A stretch of DNA of 64,000 nt from Adineta vaga (taxonomy: Eukaryota > Animalia > Rotifera): positions 620,001 through 684,000 of the forward strand of contig CP075495.1 in NCBI GenBank assembly GCA_021613535.1, in the 5' to 3' direction. Of this stretch, positions 12,540-26,163 are shown piece by piece. The notes beneath the pieces were generated by a model, which was not told where the DNA came from, ran no database searches, and saw only the letters and a list, made by a program, of their open reading frames with translations. The first letter of the stretch is position 1. Every line of letters starts with the position of its first letter. The translations under genes were made by a program, and so were the position numbers.

Positions 12540-13535
12540 TGAAATCGACAAATCAAGAGTACAATGGAAGTGGAAATCAAACACAAATCCATAGTCGACA
12601 GAAGAACCTGATGAGTGGGAAAGCTTTTCGGACATCGAAAATATAATCATTGAAGAGGCGTTGGTGACCAAAAACGTTGTAGTCATACTCGACGATTGCC
12701 ATATTAACTTCAACAGCAACATTAAGATTAGCAATAGTAATATCAATAGACAACGTCCTATGAAAAGAGCCATAGATGGTGAACAAAGCAACCAAAAACT
12801 GAGACAAGGTCGGTTCATGTAAATTCCAATCATACTTAAAGCCTCATTTCACAAACAACATGCACTAACAAGAAATTGAGAATTCACTACAACTGCATCA
12901 GAACAACTCAACATAGCACACAAATTTTTCAAGTAAAGTTTATCAAAAATAGTTCAGTGCGCAGCTGACGGTCTAGTTGTCAAGGGTTAGTCATAAGGGA
13001 TGGAAGCATGCAGCAAATAGGAGAATGTTGTGCGCATCTATACACAATGGAAAGTTTTCTCTATCATAAACTCAATAGTATAATGCGACTAGTGGCTGAC
13101 GAAAAACATTACAGTGTATGGTTACACAAGATTGAAACATTTGAACCGTTTGCACTACTCTTAAACAACCATATAGATGAGTCAAAATCTGACAAATCAA
13201 AAATAGTTTATCGAGACGCGTACTTAACTGATGAAATGATCCAAAACTATTACACTGCCATTCGACGACCAAAAGATCTTAATGAAGACGATGATATGAC
13301 TCCATCATTTCCGGCTTTTACATCATGTTCGCGAAATCGAGCCAAAGCGGAAGAGTACGAAAATGTTCTCTTTATCATCGAACTAATATTCAACAGATCC
13401 GTTGATGTATCTCAATTTTCTGATTATCCTGATGAAGAAGAAGAAATTATCAAACCAGGCGTACTTTTTGTCATCGAAAACATTGAATACGATTCCGAGT
13501 GCGGCAAACATCTCATTGATCTGAGCATTATATAG
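12540..13535 (+). pseudogene. WWE-like domain plus ARTC ADP-ribosyltransferase pseudogene
   Basis: VQWKWKSNTNP*STEEPDEWESFSDIENIIIEEA...RQRPMKR is WWE-like, with stops at 12592 and ~12819. The downstream ORF has LYTMESFLY, VYRD, FTSCSRNR and YPDEEEEII. Confidence 0.75.
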
Positions 13536-16500
13536 CATTACGCGTTAGAGATTTCGTAAAATCTTATATTATACATTCTAAAGTTATTTTCTATATAAAC
13601 AAAGGAGAAATTTCGCTATCCCAAAGTGAATTGCTCGATGCATACGAGAAACATCTAGAGGGCGTGAATATTTATGAAGATTAACAAAAGACACCCTTAG
13701 GAATATCCATCTATACTGTACAAAATAAGCGCATAATATGGAATCTTTAAGGGGTTTATGGTAGTGCAACGGATCATATATCCTTGTTAACCATTTTCGA
13801 ATTGATCAAAAATAACTCGTCAAATACCAATTGAAGATGATGATACATTTGATGATTATTTCAAAGAGATACGATAAAACAAAAATCTTTGAATAATTCT
13901 CATTGATTTATTCAAATTTTCACAAATATAAATATCGAAAAAGAAAGTTAATAGATTTTTCATTGTTATAATAATTAAGATTTTATTTATTTCAATGGAA
14001 TTTTATTCATAAAATATGAATCATGTTGATTAATTTTATCATAATGTTTCATAGATTTAATGCTCTCTGTAGGTAGTCCTTATTATTATTATTAGTTTTT
14101 ATATGTAATCGGACTCTTTCGTCTTATATTCTTATTATAAACTGTGTGGTATCCGTAACTTCTTTTGTTGAACATACTAACGAATCATGTAGTCACTATG
14201 GATAATTCATGTGAAATGAATCATTTACGATAATTTAGTCGTTAGTGATTTGTTCACGGTTATTCTATTCTATGAATGATATTACTGACATTTGAATATA
14301 ATATCTTGTAGATATGTTCTGTCAAACAATGTAACGATTCACAACCATAACGGTGATGATTAATTTAGACAAAAGAATAAATGAAAATATTATTGATGAA
14401 TGAATTTGAAGAATTTATTAAAAGAGTCTTACGAATTGAAATTTAAATAAGAAATAAACACAATTATTGTTAGAAGAAATCAATTCGAGGATTTTCATCG
14501 TCGATCATTTTATTTATGAAATTGTTCGATTTTATTAAATTATTTGAAAAGAAATATGATTTTTGTTTTTAAGAAAATATTTCTATGAAGAAAAAAAATC
14601 AAAATCAAATCATTGTATTTGTTATTCTTCTATTATTGAGATCTTGAATTCTTTAAGTTTTTTTTATTATTCTTATAATAAATCTTTTTTAAATATTTCA
14701 ATAAAATATAAATTCAATTTTAAATATTTTATAATCGAAAAAATATTATTGTTTTTCTTCTTACAAATTCAGATACTTTTTATTCAATCGAATAGTTTGA
14801 ACATCATGATATCTATTTTGTTAAATAACACTTTGCTTCTTGTTAATTCTTCTTTTTGAATTCATCATAATTTGATTTAAGGATGAGATTAAACGTATCA
14901 ATATGAATTAAAAAAGAAATAACAGACTTTAATTTTGTCAAATCCCCATGGATTGTTTAGAATTTCGAAACAAAAATAAATATAAAAATCAGTGAAGTAA
15001 TGATCGATTCTTTCAAATTTATTCTTCATTAGAATAAAAGTACAAAGAAATCAAAGATTAGTTTTAGAATAATATTATCATTTAAGAAAAACAATTGAAA
15101 TAATACTCCGTAACGCGTGTCTGTCTTTCAATTTTCATCACTATACTAAATTTGTGTATTTATCAGCTTAGATATTCACACAGTCAAAATAAACAGATAA
15201 AAGCTTTTCTATAACTGAATTCTAATGATTAACTAAATAGGATTGAGATATTATTTCATACAGAAGAAAAATTTATAATCTCTTCATATTTTTCAACTCT
15301 CATTCATAGATTTGAAAAGTCATTTGTAAGAAGATTCAAGGAACAGTTGAATTAGTAAGAGTTCTATTTATATAGTAACAGAAAAAGGATATTTTTGAAT
15401 TCAACGAATCATAAAATAATATTGTTTAAAATTGTCAAATTCTGAAAGTGTTAATTAGATACTTTTAGGATTTAATTCTATTGAGAATATAGTGTGAAAA
15501 ACTCAAAAATTGCCTTATTTTATTTACAGAATTGAAAATATTTGAGAACGCGAAGTGTTTGTTGTATGTAACAAAAAACAAAGTTTTTTTTCTTCTAAAC
15601 TTTGATAAGAAAGTGATGTTCCATTGTAATGACTTTTACATGTGCATATTTTTCTCTATCAGAACATCGGACAAAAATTAGTTATTGATTTCTTTCATTT
15701 TATACGAACTTCAAAGACAATTAGTTGGTAGATTTTATAAAATACATATTGTTCTATATCGATTGTATCTGTGTAGATGATTTCTTATTTTTCTGAAAAT
15801 ATTTTGGTGTTTTTTTAACGACTACACATGTATTGGGAGTCTCTCTCAAAGTCCAACAACCCGCTGTTCTGTTTTGATCGAAACTTGAAGGTAATTATTC
15901 TTGTTTTGAATCAAATCTTCGTCTATTCTTTTTTTCTTCGAATAGAGATAAGAAAGTAGTTATAAAGAAAGAGAATTTTTTCATTTATCTTTTATTTATG
16001 TTGGAAAAAAAACAAAGAAGTTTATCAAAGTAAGATGCACATTTATTCTATGTAAAATTCTAATCGAACTTTTTTCTTTTACATTTAAATATCTGAAAAG
16101 AAAAATGAAGATTTTATTCTAAAACAATTCGAAATTTTATCTCATTGAACAAAACCGTTTCGTTTGTTAAAAAAATCAAACTTGATGAACATCTTTTCAT
16201 GATTATAAATAAATCTAAAAACGTTTGTGTCAATTAAAATTACAACTAAGATTTTTCTCTCAAAGAAAATGTATCAAAAACAGAAAAATAATGTCCACAC
16301 AGTTCTATAAAAGATTAATAGATCGAAGTGAAGTTTATGTAGACAAATCTTCTATAGAATATGAGTAAATAAGGTGAATAGAAATCCATCCATTTCCACA
16401 TTATTTTTGGTACTAATATACAGAAATGGTCGAGATATTAGACAATTGTAGAACTGTTTCGAAAATATCAAATAGATCTTTATCAATCTTGAAGAACTGA

Positions 16501-17620
16501 ATGGGATTTTATCCATTTCTAAGTTCCTTAAATGCGCGAATTTAATCTTAGTCTTTTCTAAACATAAGAATCTGATTGATAAAGTTCGTTGGTATTATTA
16601 GCTGATACAACAATGAAGTGCATAAAGATAACAACGCACCTTTACTCTTTTTCCATCTTTTGTGTTGATATTCATCAATGATCACTAAATTTCGATATTA
16701 AAACTTGTCACATTGAAAAACGAAAATTTATATCAAAAGGATATTATCGAAAGTTTCTTATTCATTATCATGATAGGAATTGGCAAAGATACATTGAGTA
16801 AAGATAACAGAAGAAGGTCACTGTATGTTCTAACAACTAAGTGAAATTTCACGTATGTCGAAACTAAATGTAATTCGGTTGGTGTAATGAACAGGGTTGC
16901 CAAGAGTTCTATAGCAATTACGCATGTCAAACGAAAGTGGAGAATGACTCATTAGAAGTAAGGAAAATCGAGAAAGAACTAGATATAGGTTCATGCATGT
17001 CAATCAATCAATTTTAGACACAAGGACTAAAGATCGTTAGTATTAATATAGAAATATTTAATTCGAAAGACTCTCTTAGTCTACGAAGTATATAGATAAG
17101 AAAGGCTGTCAAAAAGAAGAAAGAACTTCTTAAAAAAACTACGACGTGACGATAAAAAAAACTGAAAGAAGATTAAGATCTTCAATGAGAACAAGGCCAT
17201 AATGATATCTTTTCTTTTTACATCAAATATGTTCTGTCAAATTATCTCGATCAGCATCAAATACACGTTCGCTTATTAAGTGATAAGTGATTCTTTTATT
17301 TCAATTATTATCATTTCAAATCAATTCTGATATTATATCAAAATATTAGTTTTATACGATAATTTAATTTTAACATTTTTAGAACAATGAATTATTCATT
17401 CAAAAACAAAATATTGATCAAAACTACGAAAATCAAAGAGAAAATTAGTTGTAGAGATTCTTTTATTAGAAATGTTTACTTTAATAAAAAAAACATCGAT
17501 GTGAACAGAAGAGATCGAGATAAATAATGACCATTGATACTCTCATATGTATAAACAACAACGAGAAACCAAATCTTTATCTTTTTTATATTTTTTTAGA
17601 TAAAAATTTCATTTCTTCGT

Positions 17621-20600
17621 ATGGCAACTTCTCAAAAGATCATTTCTTTATCTTATTCACGACGTAAAATAGCACTTATCATTGGTATTGGTGATTATAT
17701 TATGGGAAAACAATTACCAAATGCAATAAATGATGCAAAAGATATGTCAAAAGAATTGAAAAAGATTGGATTTATTATTCATAATGATGGTGAAGCAAAA
17801 TTAAATTTAACATATAAAGAAATGAGAAGAACTCTTACAGATTTTGAATGTTCAATTGAGAAAGGAGATATGGTTTTATTTTATTTTGCTGGACATGGAA
17901 CACAATGGGAAGTAAGAAAGATTTATTTATTGAGAATTTTCTTTTCTTTTATTTTAATTTTAATTTAGGATCAAAATTATCTTATTCCAATAAATAATTT
18001 TAAAGAAGAAAATGAAACAAAAGTTGAATTAAGTGGTTCTGATTTAAAAAAATATTCAATTAATGCACAAAATCTTTTAAATAATATTGATGATCGAGAA
18101 CCATTTCTTATTATGTTTTTCTTAGATTGTTGGCGAACATATCATTTACGTCATATGGAATTACAAAGAAATACAAGAGAATATTCAAATAATAATTCAT
18201 TACATGGACTTCAATCAATGCCTATTAAAGTTGGATCATTAATTGCATTTGCTTGTGCACCAGGAACAACAGCAGATGAGGGAAATAATCAAGAAAAAAA
18301 TGGTTTATTTACTAAATATCTTCTTCAACATATTTCAAAACCAAATGAAGATATTCTTGAGATACTTCGAGATGTTACACGTGATGTGATTAATGAATCA
18401 AACAAAAAACAAATTCCACATGTTACTTCTGTTTTGACACATCGAAATATTTATCTCAATGAAATAAAACAAGGTATAAAAATAAATTTCTTTTATTAAT
18501 TTTATTGTTCTGAAAATAAAACAAAATTAAAATCATTTCTTCTTTTAGATTCATTTGAATCATCAATAAAACAATTATCGATTTCAACTATGAATAAATC
18601 AACAATAAAACAAAAGCAAAGTAAATTTATTTTATTTTTAATATTAACTAAAATTATTCTTTCGATATTAAAAGAAAAATAATTTATTTGTATCGAAATC
18701 AAATGTTAAAAGTTAAACAAAGAAATATTTATAAGAATATTAAACAATTTCACTAATCCTTTTTAAATCATAAATTCAATCTTTTGAAATTATTTAATTC
18801 ATATGAACTAATTAATTAGATGTTTTTCTCCTTGATCTTTCTATTAATCACGTTTTTTCGATACAAATAGATAAAAAATAGTTAAGTATCTGTGTATTTC
18901 TTTGTTAATTGTGATTTAGACTGACTGATTTTCAATTTATATTATTGAGATATAATGAATTATTATTTATCTTTTGTTCGTTCTTGATAGTTGAAGGCGA
19001 AGTTAGGAGTAATTAGAAATCGACAAATAATTTAACATTTGTTTGGAAACATTTCGATGAAGAAATAACTTCTTAGATCAACTTCAGTCAAGATTAAACA
19101 GATCTTCTCGATAAACATTGTTATTTATTTATTTTAAAATAGAAATTCAATTTCTAAGATATTTTATTTTGATTTACAAATCAAAAGATTTTTCTTTTCA
19201 AATTAATTTCAATTTAAAACAAATTTCTTTCTTTTACGTTTAAAAATTAAAAAGAAAAGAAAAGAAAAGAAAAGAAAAGAAAAGAAAGATTACTTTATTT
19301 TATAATTCAATCAAAGTTCATTTTCTTCAATTTTATTTTAATTACAAAAATTAAAATTAATCTTCGAAGAAAATAATTCATTAATCAAATAAATTATATT
19401 TATTAATAAATAATTTGATCAAATTATCAATTCAACAAAAAAGTAAATTCGTTTCTTTTCTCTTCGATTCTTTGATAATTATTCGATCAAATCAAATCTT
19501 TTTATTTATTTTAAAAAATAAATCAAAACAAAAACTTTTCTTTATTTATCAATTTAAAATTCATTTTTTTCTCTTTCGTTTTTTCAACAAACAAAATCAA
19601 TTTTACGAATTTATTTCGTTTTTTTAATTAACTTAAATAAAATTCCATTCGAAAAGAAAATATTTATTTTCATCTCGTTATTTGAAATTTCATCAAATTA
19701 TTAATGATTTTATTCAAATGAAACTTTTTTCAAAAGAAACGAAACTCAAAATATAAAAACATCGATCAAAACAAATCGTTTTTCTTTTCTTTTCTTTGTT
19801 TAGAAACGAAATTTCAACAAAATGGAACAATTGTTGCGGGAGGAAATGGAGATGGAAATCAATTAAATCAACTCTATTGTCCTCAAGGAATCTTTGTTGA
19901 TGAAAACAAAAACATTTTCATTGCTGATTGTGACAATCATCGTATTTTTGGGTGGAAATGTGATGAAAAACAAGGACAAATCATTGCAGGTGGAAATGGA
20001 GAAGGAGAGAGAATAGATCAATTGAATTGTCCATCAGATGTGATTGTTGATCAACAAAATCATTCAATCATCATTGCTGATCGAGGGAACAGACGAGTGA
20101 TGCGATGGTCAAGAGATCAAAAACAACAAATTCTCATTCAAAATGTCGATTGTTGGGGTTTAACAATGGATCAACATGGATTTATTTATGTTTCTGATTG
20201 GAAGAAGAATGAAGTGAGAAAATGGAAGTTAGAAAAGATTAATGAAAACAAAGAAGGAACATTAGTGGCAGGTGGAAATGGAAAAGGAAATCAAAGAAAT
20301 CAATTCAACTTTCCTATGTTCATCTTTGTTGATAAAGATCAATCTCTTTATGCTTCAGATGAAAAGAATCATCGTGTGATGAAATGGAGAAAAGATGCGA
20401 AGGAAGGAATTGTTGTGGCTGGAGGAAATGATGAAGGAAACAATCTCAATCAATTGAATGGTCCTCGAGGATTGTTTGTTGATGAATGGAATCAAATCTA
20501 TGTGGCAGATTGGGGGAATAATCGAATAATGCGATGGTGTGAAGGAGATGAAGAAGGGGAGATTGTTGTTGGTGGAAATGGTAAAGGAAGTGAATCAAAT

Positions 20601-20702
20601 CAATTGAATTGTCCTTATGGTTTATCATTTGATTCTGAAGGAAATCTTTATGTTTCAGATTGTGTCAATAATCGAATCGTTCGATTTGATAAAATTCATT
20701 GA
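17621..20702 (+). CDS. Gene B: caspase-like peptidase C14 (catalytic Cys replaced by Trp) + Ser/Lys linker + NHL propeller, 588 aa (exons 17621-17911, 17969-18473, 18549-18620, 19804-20702)
   Basis: Motifs ALIIGIGDY, LFYFAGHG, LDCWR, GSLIAFACAPG and NGLFTKYLL. All junctions are GT-AG and frame-consistent (phases 0,1,1). Confidence 0.85.
19250..19284 (+). repeat. (AAAAG)7 microsatellite in the last intron of gene B
   Basis: Direct reading. Confidence 0.9.
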
Positions 20703-23700
20703 AATGAACTTTGCATTTCAAACGAAAAGATTTGATAAAAAACGATTTTTGTTGATTTGATTTTGATTTTAAAAAAGAAAAAACATTTTTTTCGAAATAA
20801 AATTGAGAAAATCTTTTAGTTTTTTGTAAAGAAGTCGATGAAAAAAATGCAAAAGTTGATTTGTTTCGCTGAAATTGTTTTGTCAAAGAATTTTTCTTGT
20901 CGTTAAAACCGATTTTTAATAAAATTGAAATGAAATTTGTCGAAAGAAATATTTTGATTTGATAAAAATGTTCGTTGAATCAAAGATTTTGTGTTTTTGA
21001 TAATTTTGTTTCTTTGAAAATAAAAAAAAGAATTTGTTTTGATCAAATATCGATTTAAAATGATTAAATATTAATTTGGATTCGAAGGATTTTCGAAGAA
21101 AATTATTTGTAAATGTTGTTTGAAGAAATATTTCTAAAAAACGATTCTTTTTGCGAATGTTTTGACAAATTCGATGTGATTTCTTAAGATTTCGACAAAT
21201 TTTACGAGTGAAAACGAAGAAAAAAAAAAGTTGAAATCGGATGAAAAAGTTATTTGAATTTTGTTGAATTTGAGTTTATTTTGATTGATGAAATGATCGA
21301 AGATATTATTTTCAAAATGAAAAATATAAAAGAATATTTAACAAATTAAGAATTTAACAGAGAAAAACAACGAACGAATGACGAAAGAACAGAAAAAATA
21401 TTCACAGAAATGAAAACGAAGAAAGTCAAATGATTGTAGAGTTGATCGATGAAACGCGTCATTTACGAAAGTAACTGTAAAACAAAAATATTTTTATTGA
21501 CTGTGAATCATTCAAATATCAATATTTTTGATCGAAATAATATTAATTCATCATTTACTTTTTATATAAATTAAAAATCGATCAACATAAAAGATTTCAC
21601 AAAATTGTTCTATTAGAAAGTTTTCATCAAAGAATTATTCTTAGAAATGAAATTATCAAAACTAAATCTAAAATTAATTCAAATGTTCTTCTCAATTTTC
21701 CAACAAGAAACTTATCCGTTGATGAATACGAAACTATTTGAATTAAAATAAAATATGACATTGTACTGAAGAACTAAATGTATCGTTATGAAATTCAATC
21801 GATATTTAATAAAAATACATAAAATAAGTTATGTTATTCATCTAATTAAATATAATTAATCCAACGAAGGAAAATTAATCGAAATAGTAATCGTTAACAT
21901 TAGAATATACATGAAACAAATGAACATTTTCTTCAATTATAGAAATTCACATAAAAATGTTCAAATACAAAATATAATAAAATACAAAAGAGAAAATAAA
22001 TACATTGAAATTAACGATAAATATAATTCTAAATTGACTATTAAACATAACAATGAAAGTATTATGAAATATACATCGAGAGTTGCAATTCTTATTATAA
22101 AACCAATCAAAGGTTCAATTATTCGATAATTTAGAAAACAATGATCATCTATTATATCCATAAGCCATAAATTTTGAGATTATTTATCTCTTTTACAAAA
22201 CAAACTCGGATAACACGATGCACAAATATACATAAAATCATCGATCGAAGAATCAATGAAATTAAACATTTCGAACGAATTTTTCTGAAATGATATTTTC
22301 ATCAATAAAATACGAAACTATTCAAATATAAATATGTTATTTCCACATTGACTTCCTCCTCATAAAAAAGTATTTACTAATTTTTCATTTTCAAAAGTAA
22401 TACAAAGAAAATGAATAATGCATTTCTTTAGATCCAGAAAAGAAAAAGATGTTTTGTTGAACTTACTTTTACTCTTCTCATTATTATTTATTATGATTTC
22501 GGATTTTTTGTTACACATCGATATTCTATTAAAGGTTTAAGAATTGTATGATGAATTATTTCAAAGATATTTTTGTTATTTTCATTCTGTTGTGATTGGA
22601 ATAATTCTTTATTTAGTTTTTTTTTCATTTCATCAACTAATGGAAATAACACAAAGAAAAAATTATCAAATGATTCAACATTAAATGTTGTTATCATTGT
22701 TTCAATTTATATTCCAACTTTTATTTTTACTGTAAATATTTTCTCTTGAAATTATCGAATCATTATGGTTCTTTCTTTTTGAGTAAATGGCCGCTATAAT
22801 ATTAGCATATATATTGGCACGAGCAATTCATATGGATAAGTATTCGATTATTCAGACTATTTAATAATTTCATGCAAAATAAAAGAATCTTCTTCTTCGA
22901 AATCTTATTAAATACTCGTTTATATTGTATCAGAAATCTATGATGAATTTATAATTCTATCAAAATATATCAAATGTTAGGAACTTCTTCCATTGTTTAG
23001 TTTTTACTGAAAGTTTTTTCCTTTCTCGAAGAATGAAAATTGCAAGAAAGAATCCCTCTATCAATCTTGATTTATTAAATAAAAAAAAAGTTTTTAATGA
23101 AAACGTCCTAAATATTGACGTAGATCTCTTGAAGATGCTTCACAATTAATTGAACTAATAAAATCATCTTCAAAATAAAATTGAACATCTGCTTGTATAA
23201 TTATAATAACTAAACTTCGAACAAAAATAAATGTAATTATTGAACAAACAAAACTCATCGAAAAGATTGTTTTAGATAGAATTCTTCGCCATGGTTTCTT
23301 TCTTTACGTGTTCGAGAGATATAGAATTTTATCAGAACAATAAGAGCAATTAATAGTGATCTCATTTTTTAATTTTTAATGAAAAATCCATCCGATTGAG
23401 AAGAATTGTGAATGGATTATACTTACAATACTCATACTTATTTTCTATCTAATTCAAAAATCGTGATGTTCAGATGTGGCTGGAACAAGAAAAATATAGC
23501 TGATCTATTAGTGAATTGGTCATGAAGAAGAAGAAGAAGTTTTTTGAAAAGTTATTAATTGTATTTCCGATACAACGAATCATTAGGAATAATAATTATT
23601 TCGAGAAATCGAATAGATTGTTATCATTGTTCTCTATCGAATATTTTCATCGTGAGAGAATGTGAAAATGTATCATTGAAAGAAAACGTTAACCGTAACA

Positions 23701-23750
23701 TATCTTATCGTCCGATAAAAAAAAGAAACTTCATAGTACTTTTCTTTGAT

Positions 23751-24833
23751 TTAAATTGTACTTAATATTGTATGAACGATTTGTGCTGAATTTGTAACTC
23801 GTGTAAAATATGGACTTGGATCTCTTGATGTTGCTTCACGACTAAGTGCATCCCAGAAATTTTCTCCATAATAAAAATATTGTGATAAATTAAATAAAAT
23901 CGACATTAAATATGGAAATAATCGAAGACTTGTTTGAATAAATAAAAATCGATTATAATGAAGTTTTATAATTTGTCGTTTAAAAAAATTCAAATTTTCA
24001 TTTTCAAGAGAAAATACTCGACCTGTTGTTATTGTATAACATTTTAATAACATGTTGACAACTGTAAATATATATACATAAGTAAAAACAATAAAACAAT
24101 AAATAATTATCATAGGTAATGCATTTGTAAAGAAATAAGGAAGAACTAATGCTCCAACAAGTAGAAATGTTAATAAAGATAAACCTAATGCAATATAAAA
24201 GATAACTTTTGAAAGAATTCTTCGCCATGATTTCTTTCTTTCATTCATTCTTTGAATTTCTTTTCGATTAATATGATATAAATATAATTTTGAAAGAAAT
24301 GTATAAGCAAAACTTGTAAATGGATCAAATAAATAATTATATATTCGATAACCAAATAAATTATAACAATTCCATGTTGAAGCATTATCACCAGATGAAC
24401 AATTTGTTTGAATTATACAATACCAAATTGTATGAGCAATTAATGGTAAACAAGAAAAAAGTATATCAAATAGATCAAATGTTGGTAATTTTTCGCGTTT
24501 TTTAGTTTTTAATGAAAAACCTTTCATTTCTTGAAGAATTAAAATAGTTGAAACAAAAAATCCATTTGAATTTGTACGAATTTGTTGTGTAGAAATTCGA
24601 CGGGTTTTTTCTTCTTCGTCTACTTCATCTTCTTCTTCAATTTCAATAAATTCCATTGGTAATAACCATGTATCATAAACAGCTTTATCCCAAATTCGTA
24701 AGGAGAAATCAAAAATCAAAAATTGTGCAGCAATAACAAAATATGGTTGAATTCCTGTATGATAATCACGAAATGTATAAAGTAATGGATTCGCTTTTTG
24801 ATAATCTGTTGGAATAGAAGTTACTGTACTCAT
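23751..24833 (-). CDS. Uncharacterised multi-pass membrane protein (tandem paralog 1)
   Basis: 360-aa ORF with several hydrophobic segments. It is strongly similar to 25075-26163 (NPLLYTFRDYHTGI, WDKAVYDTWLLPMEFIEI, WNCYNLFGYRIYNYL). Confidence 0.8.
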   Translation of the reverse strand: MSTVTSIPTDYQKANPLLYTFRDYHTGIQPYFVIAAQFLIFDFSLRIWDKAVYDTWLLPMEFIEIEEEDEVDEEEKTRRISTQQIRTNSNGFFVSTILILQEMKGFSLKTKKREKLPTFDLFDILFSCLPLIAHTIWYCIIQTNCSSGDNASTWNCYNLFGYRIYNYLFDPFTSFAYTFLSKLYLYHINRKEIQRMNERKKSWRRILSKVIFYIALGLSLLTFLLVGALVLPYFFTNALPMIIIYCFIVFTYVYIFTVVNMLLKCYTITTGRVFSLENENLNFFKRQIIKLHYNRFLFIQTSLRLFPYLMSILFNLSQYFYYGENFWDALSREATSRDPSPYFTRVTNSAQIVHTILSTI

Positions 24834-25074
24834 TTTTTATTCAAAATTTTTATATTGAATGAATACACATTTTTATATATGTATAGACGAAAGAAATAAC
24901 CTCGATCTTTATCATATTTTATAGATGAAGGTATCTAGTTATCATTAAAATATTTATTTCTCTATGAATATTATTACCGTAACCAAGGAAAAAATTTCTT
25001 TTATATGGTTGATAAAAAGTTTGAAACATGTCCTTCTTTCTTTCTATGACAAATGTTCAGTTAAAATTCTTTTT

Positions 25075-26163
25075 CTATGTTGAACTTAAAGCTGTATGAG
25101 CAAGTTGTGATGAATTTCCTGAACGATCAAAAAATGCTGTTGGATCTCTTGATGATGCTTCACGACTAAGTGAATTCCAAAAAGTTTCTCCATAATAAAA
25201 ATATTGTGATAAATTAAATAAAATTGACATTAAATATGGAAATAATCGAAGACTTAAATGAACAAATACTAAACGATTATAATGAAGTTTTTTAATTATT
25301 CGTTGATAAAAATTTAATTTTTCATTTTTAAGAGAAAATACACGACCAGTTGTAATTGTATAACATTTTAAGAAAATATTAATAACTGTAAATATATAAA
25401 TATAAATAAATACAATAAAACAATAAATAATTATCATAGGAAATGCATTTGTAAAGAAATAAGGAAGAATCATACCACCAACGAATAAAAATGTTATAAT
25501 TGATACAATTAAACTAAGAAAAAAGATGATTATTACAGTAATTCTTCTCCATTTTTGTTTTCGTTGAAATATTGAAATACCTTCTCTTCGTTTTTGAATA
25601 ATTAAAATTGTTTTTGAAATAAAATTAAAAGTAAAACTTATAAATGGACTAAGAAGATAATTATATATTCGATAACCAAATAGATTATAACAATTCCATA
25701 ATGTTGCATTATCACCTGACATACAATTCGATTGAATAACACAATACCAAATTGCATGAGCAAGTAATGGTAAACAAGAAAAGATAAGATCATATAAATC
25801 ATAGATTGGAATTGTTTTACCTTTAGTTTTTGTTTTTATTGAAACTTTTTTATAGTGTTCAACAAAAAATAAACTCGATATTGAAAAGGAATTTTGTGGT
25901 TTAGGTGGTGATTGAATTATTTGTCGATGACGACGTTGAGGTAAAGGTTCAGGTTCTTCATCTCTTTGAATTTCAATAAATTCCATTGGTAATAACCATG
26001 TATCATAAACAGCTTTATCCCAAAAACGTAGAGAAAAATCAAAAATTAAAAATTGTATTGGTAAAATAAAATATGGATGAATTCCTGTATGATAATCACG
26101 AAATGTATAAAGTAATGGATTACCATTTTGATAATCAGATGGAATTGAAGTTGTACTACTCAT
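25075..26163 (-). CDS. Uncharacterised multi-pass membrane protein (tandem paralog 2)
   Basis: 362-aa ORF collinear with 23751-24833, with conserved protein blocks and silent-site divergence. Confidence 0.8.
   Translation of the reverse strand: MSSTTSIPSDYQNGNPLLYTFRDYHTGIHPYFILPIQFLIFDFSLRFWDKAVYDTWLLPMEFIEIQRDEEPEPLPQRRHRQIIQSPPKPQNSFSISSLFFVEHYKKVSIKTKTKGKTIPIYDLYDLIFSCLPLLAHAIWYCVIQSNCMSGDNATLWNCYNLFGYRIYNYLLSPFISFTFNFISKTILIIQKRREGISIFQRKQKWRRITVIIIFFLSLIVSIITFLFVGGMILPYFFTNAFPMIIIYCFIVFIYIYIFTVINIFLKCYTITTGRVFSLKNEKLNFYQRIIKKLHYNRLVFVHLSLRLFPYLMSILFNLSQYFYYGETFWNSLSREASSRDPTAFFDRSGNSSQLAHTALSST

Noticed and set aside
19365-19450. Possible extra exon or relic ending ...IQQK|GTAAAT in the last intron of gene B
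   Set aside because: It resembles the other phase-1 donors, but there is no clear acceptor and stops lie upstream; unsupported without RNA data.
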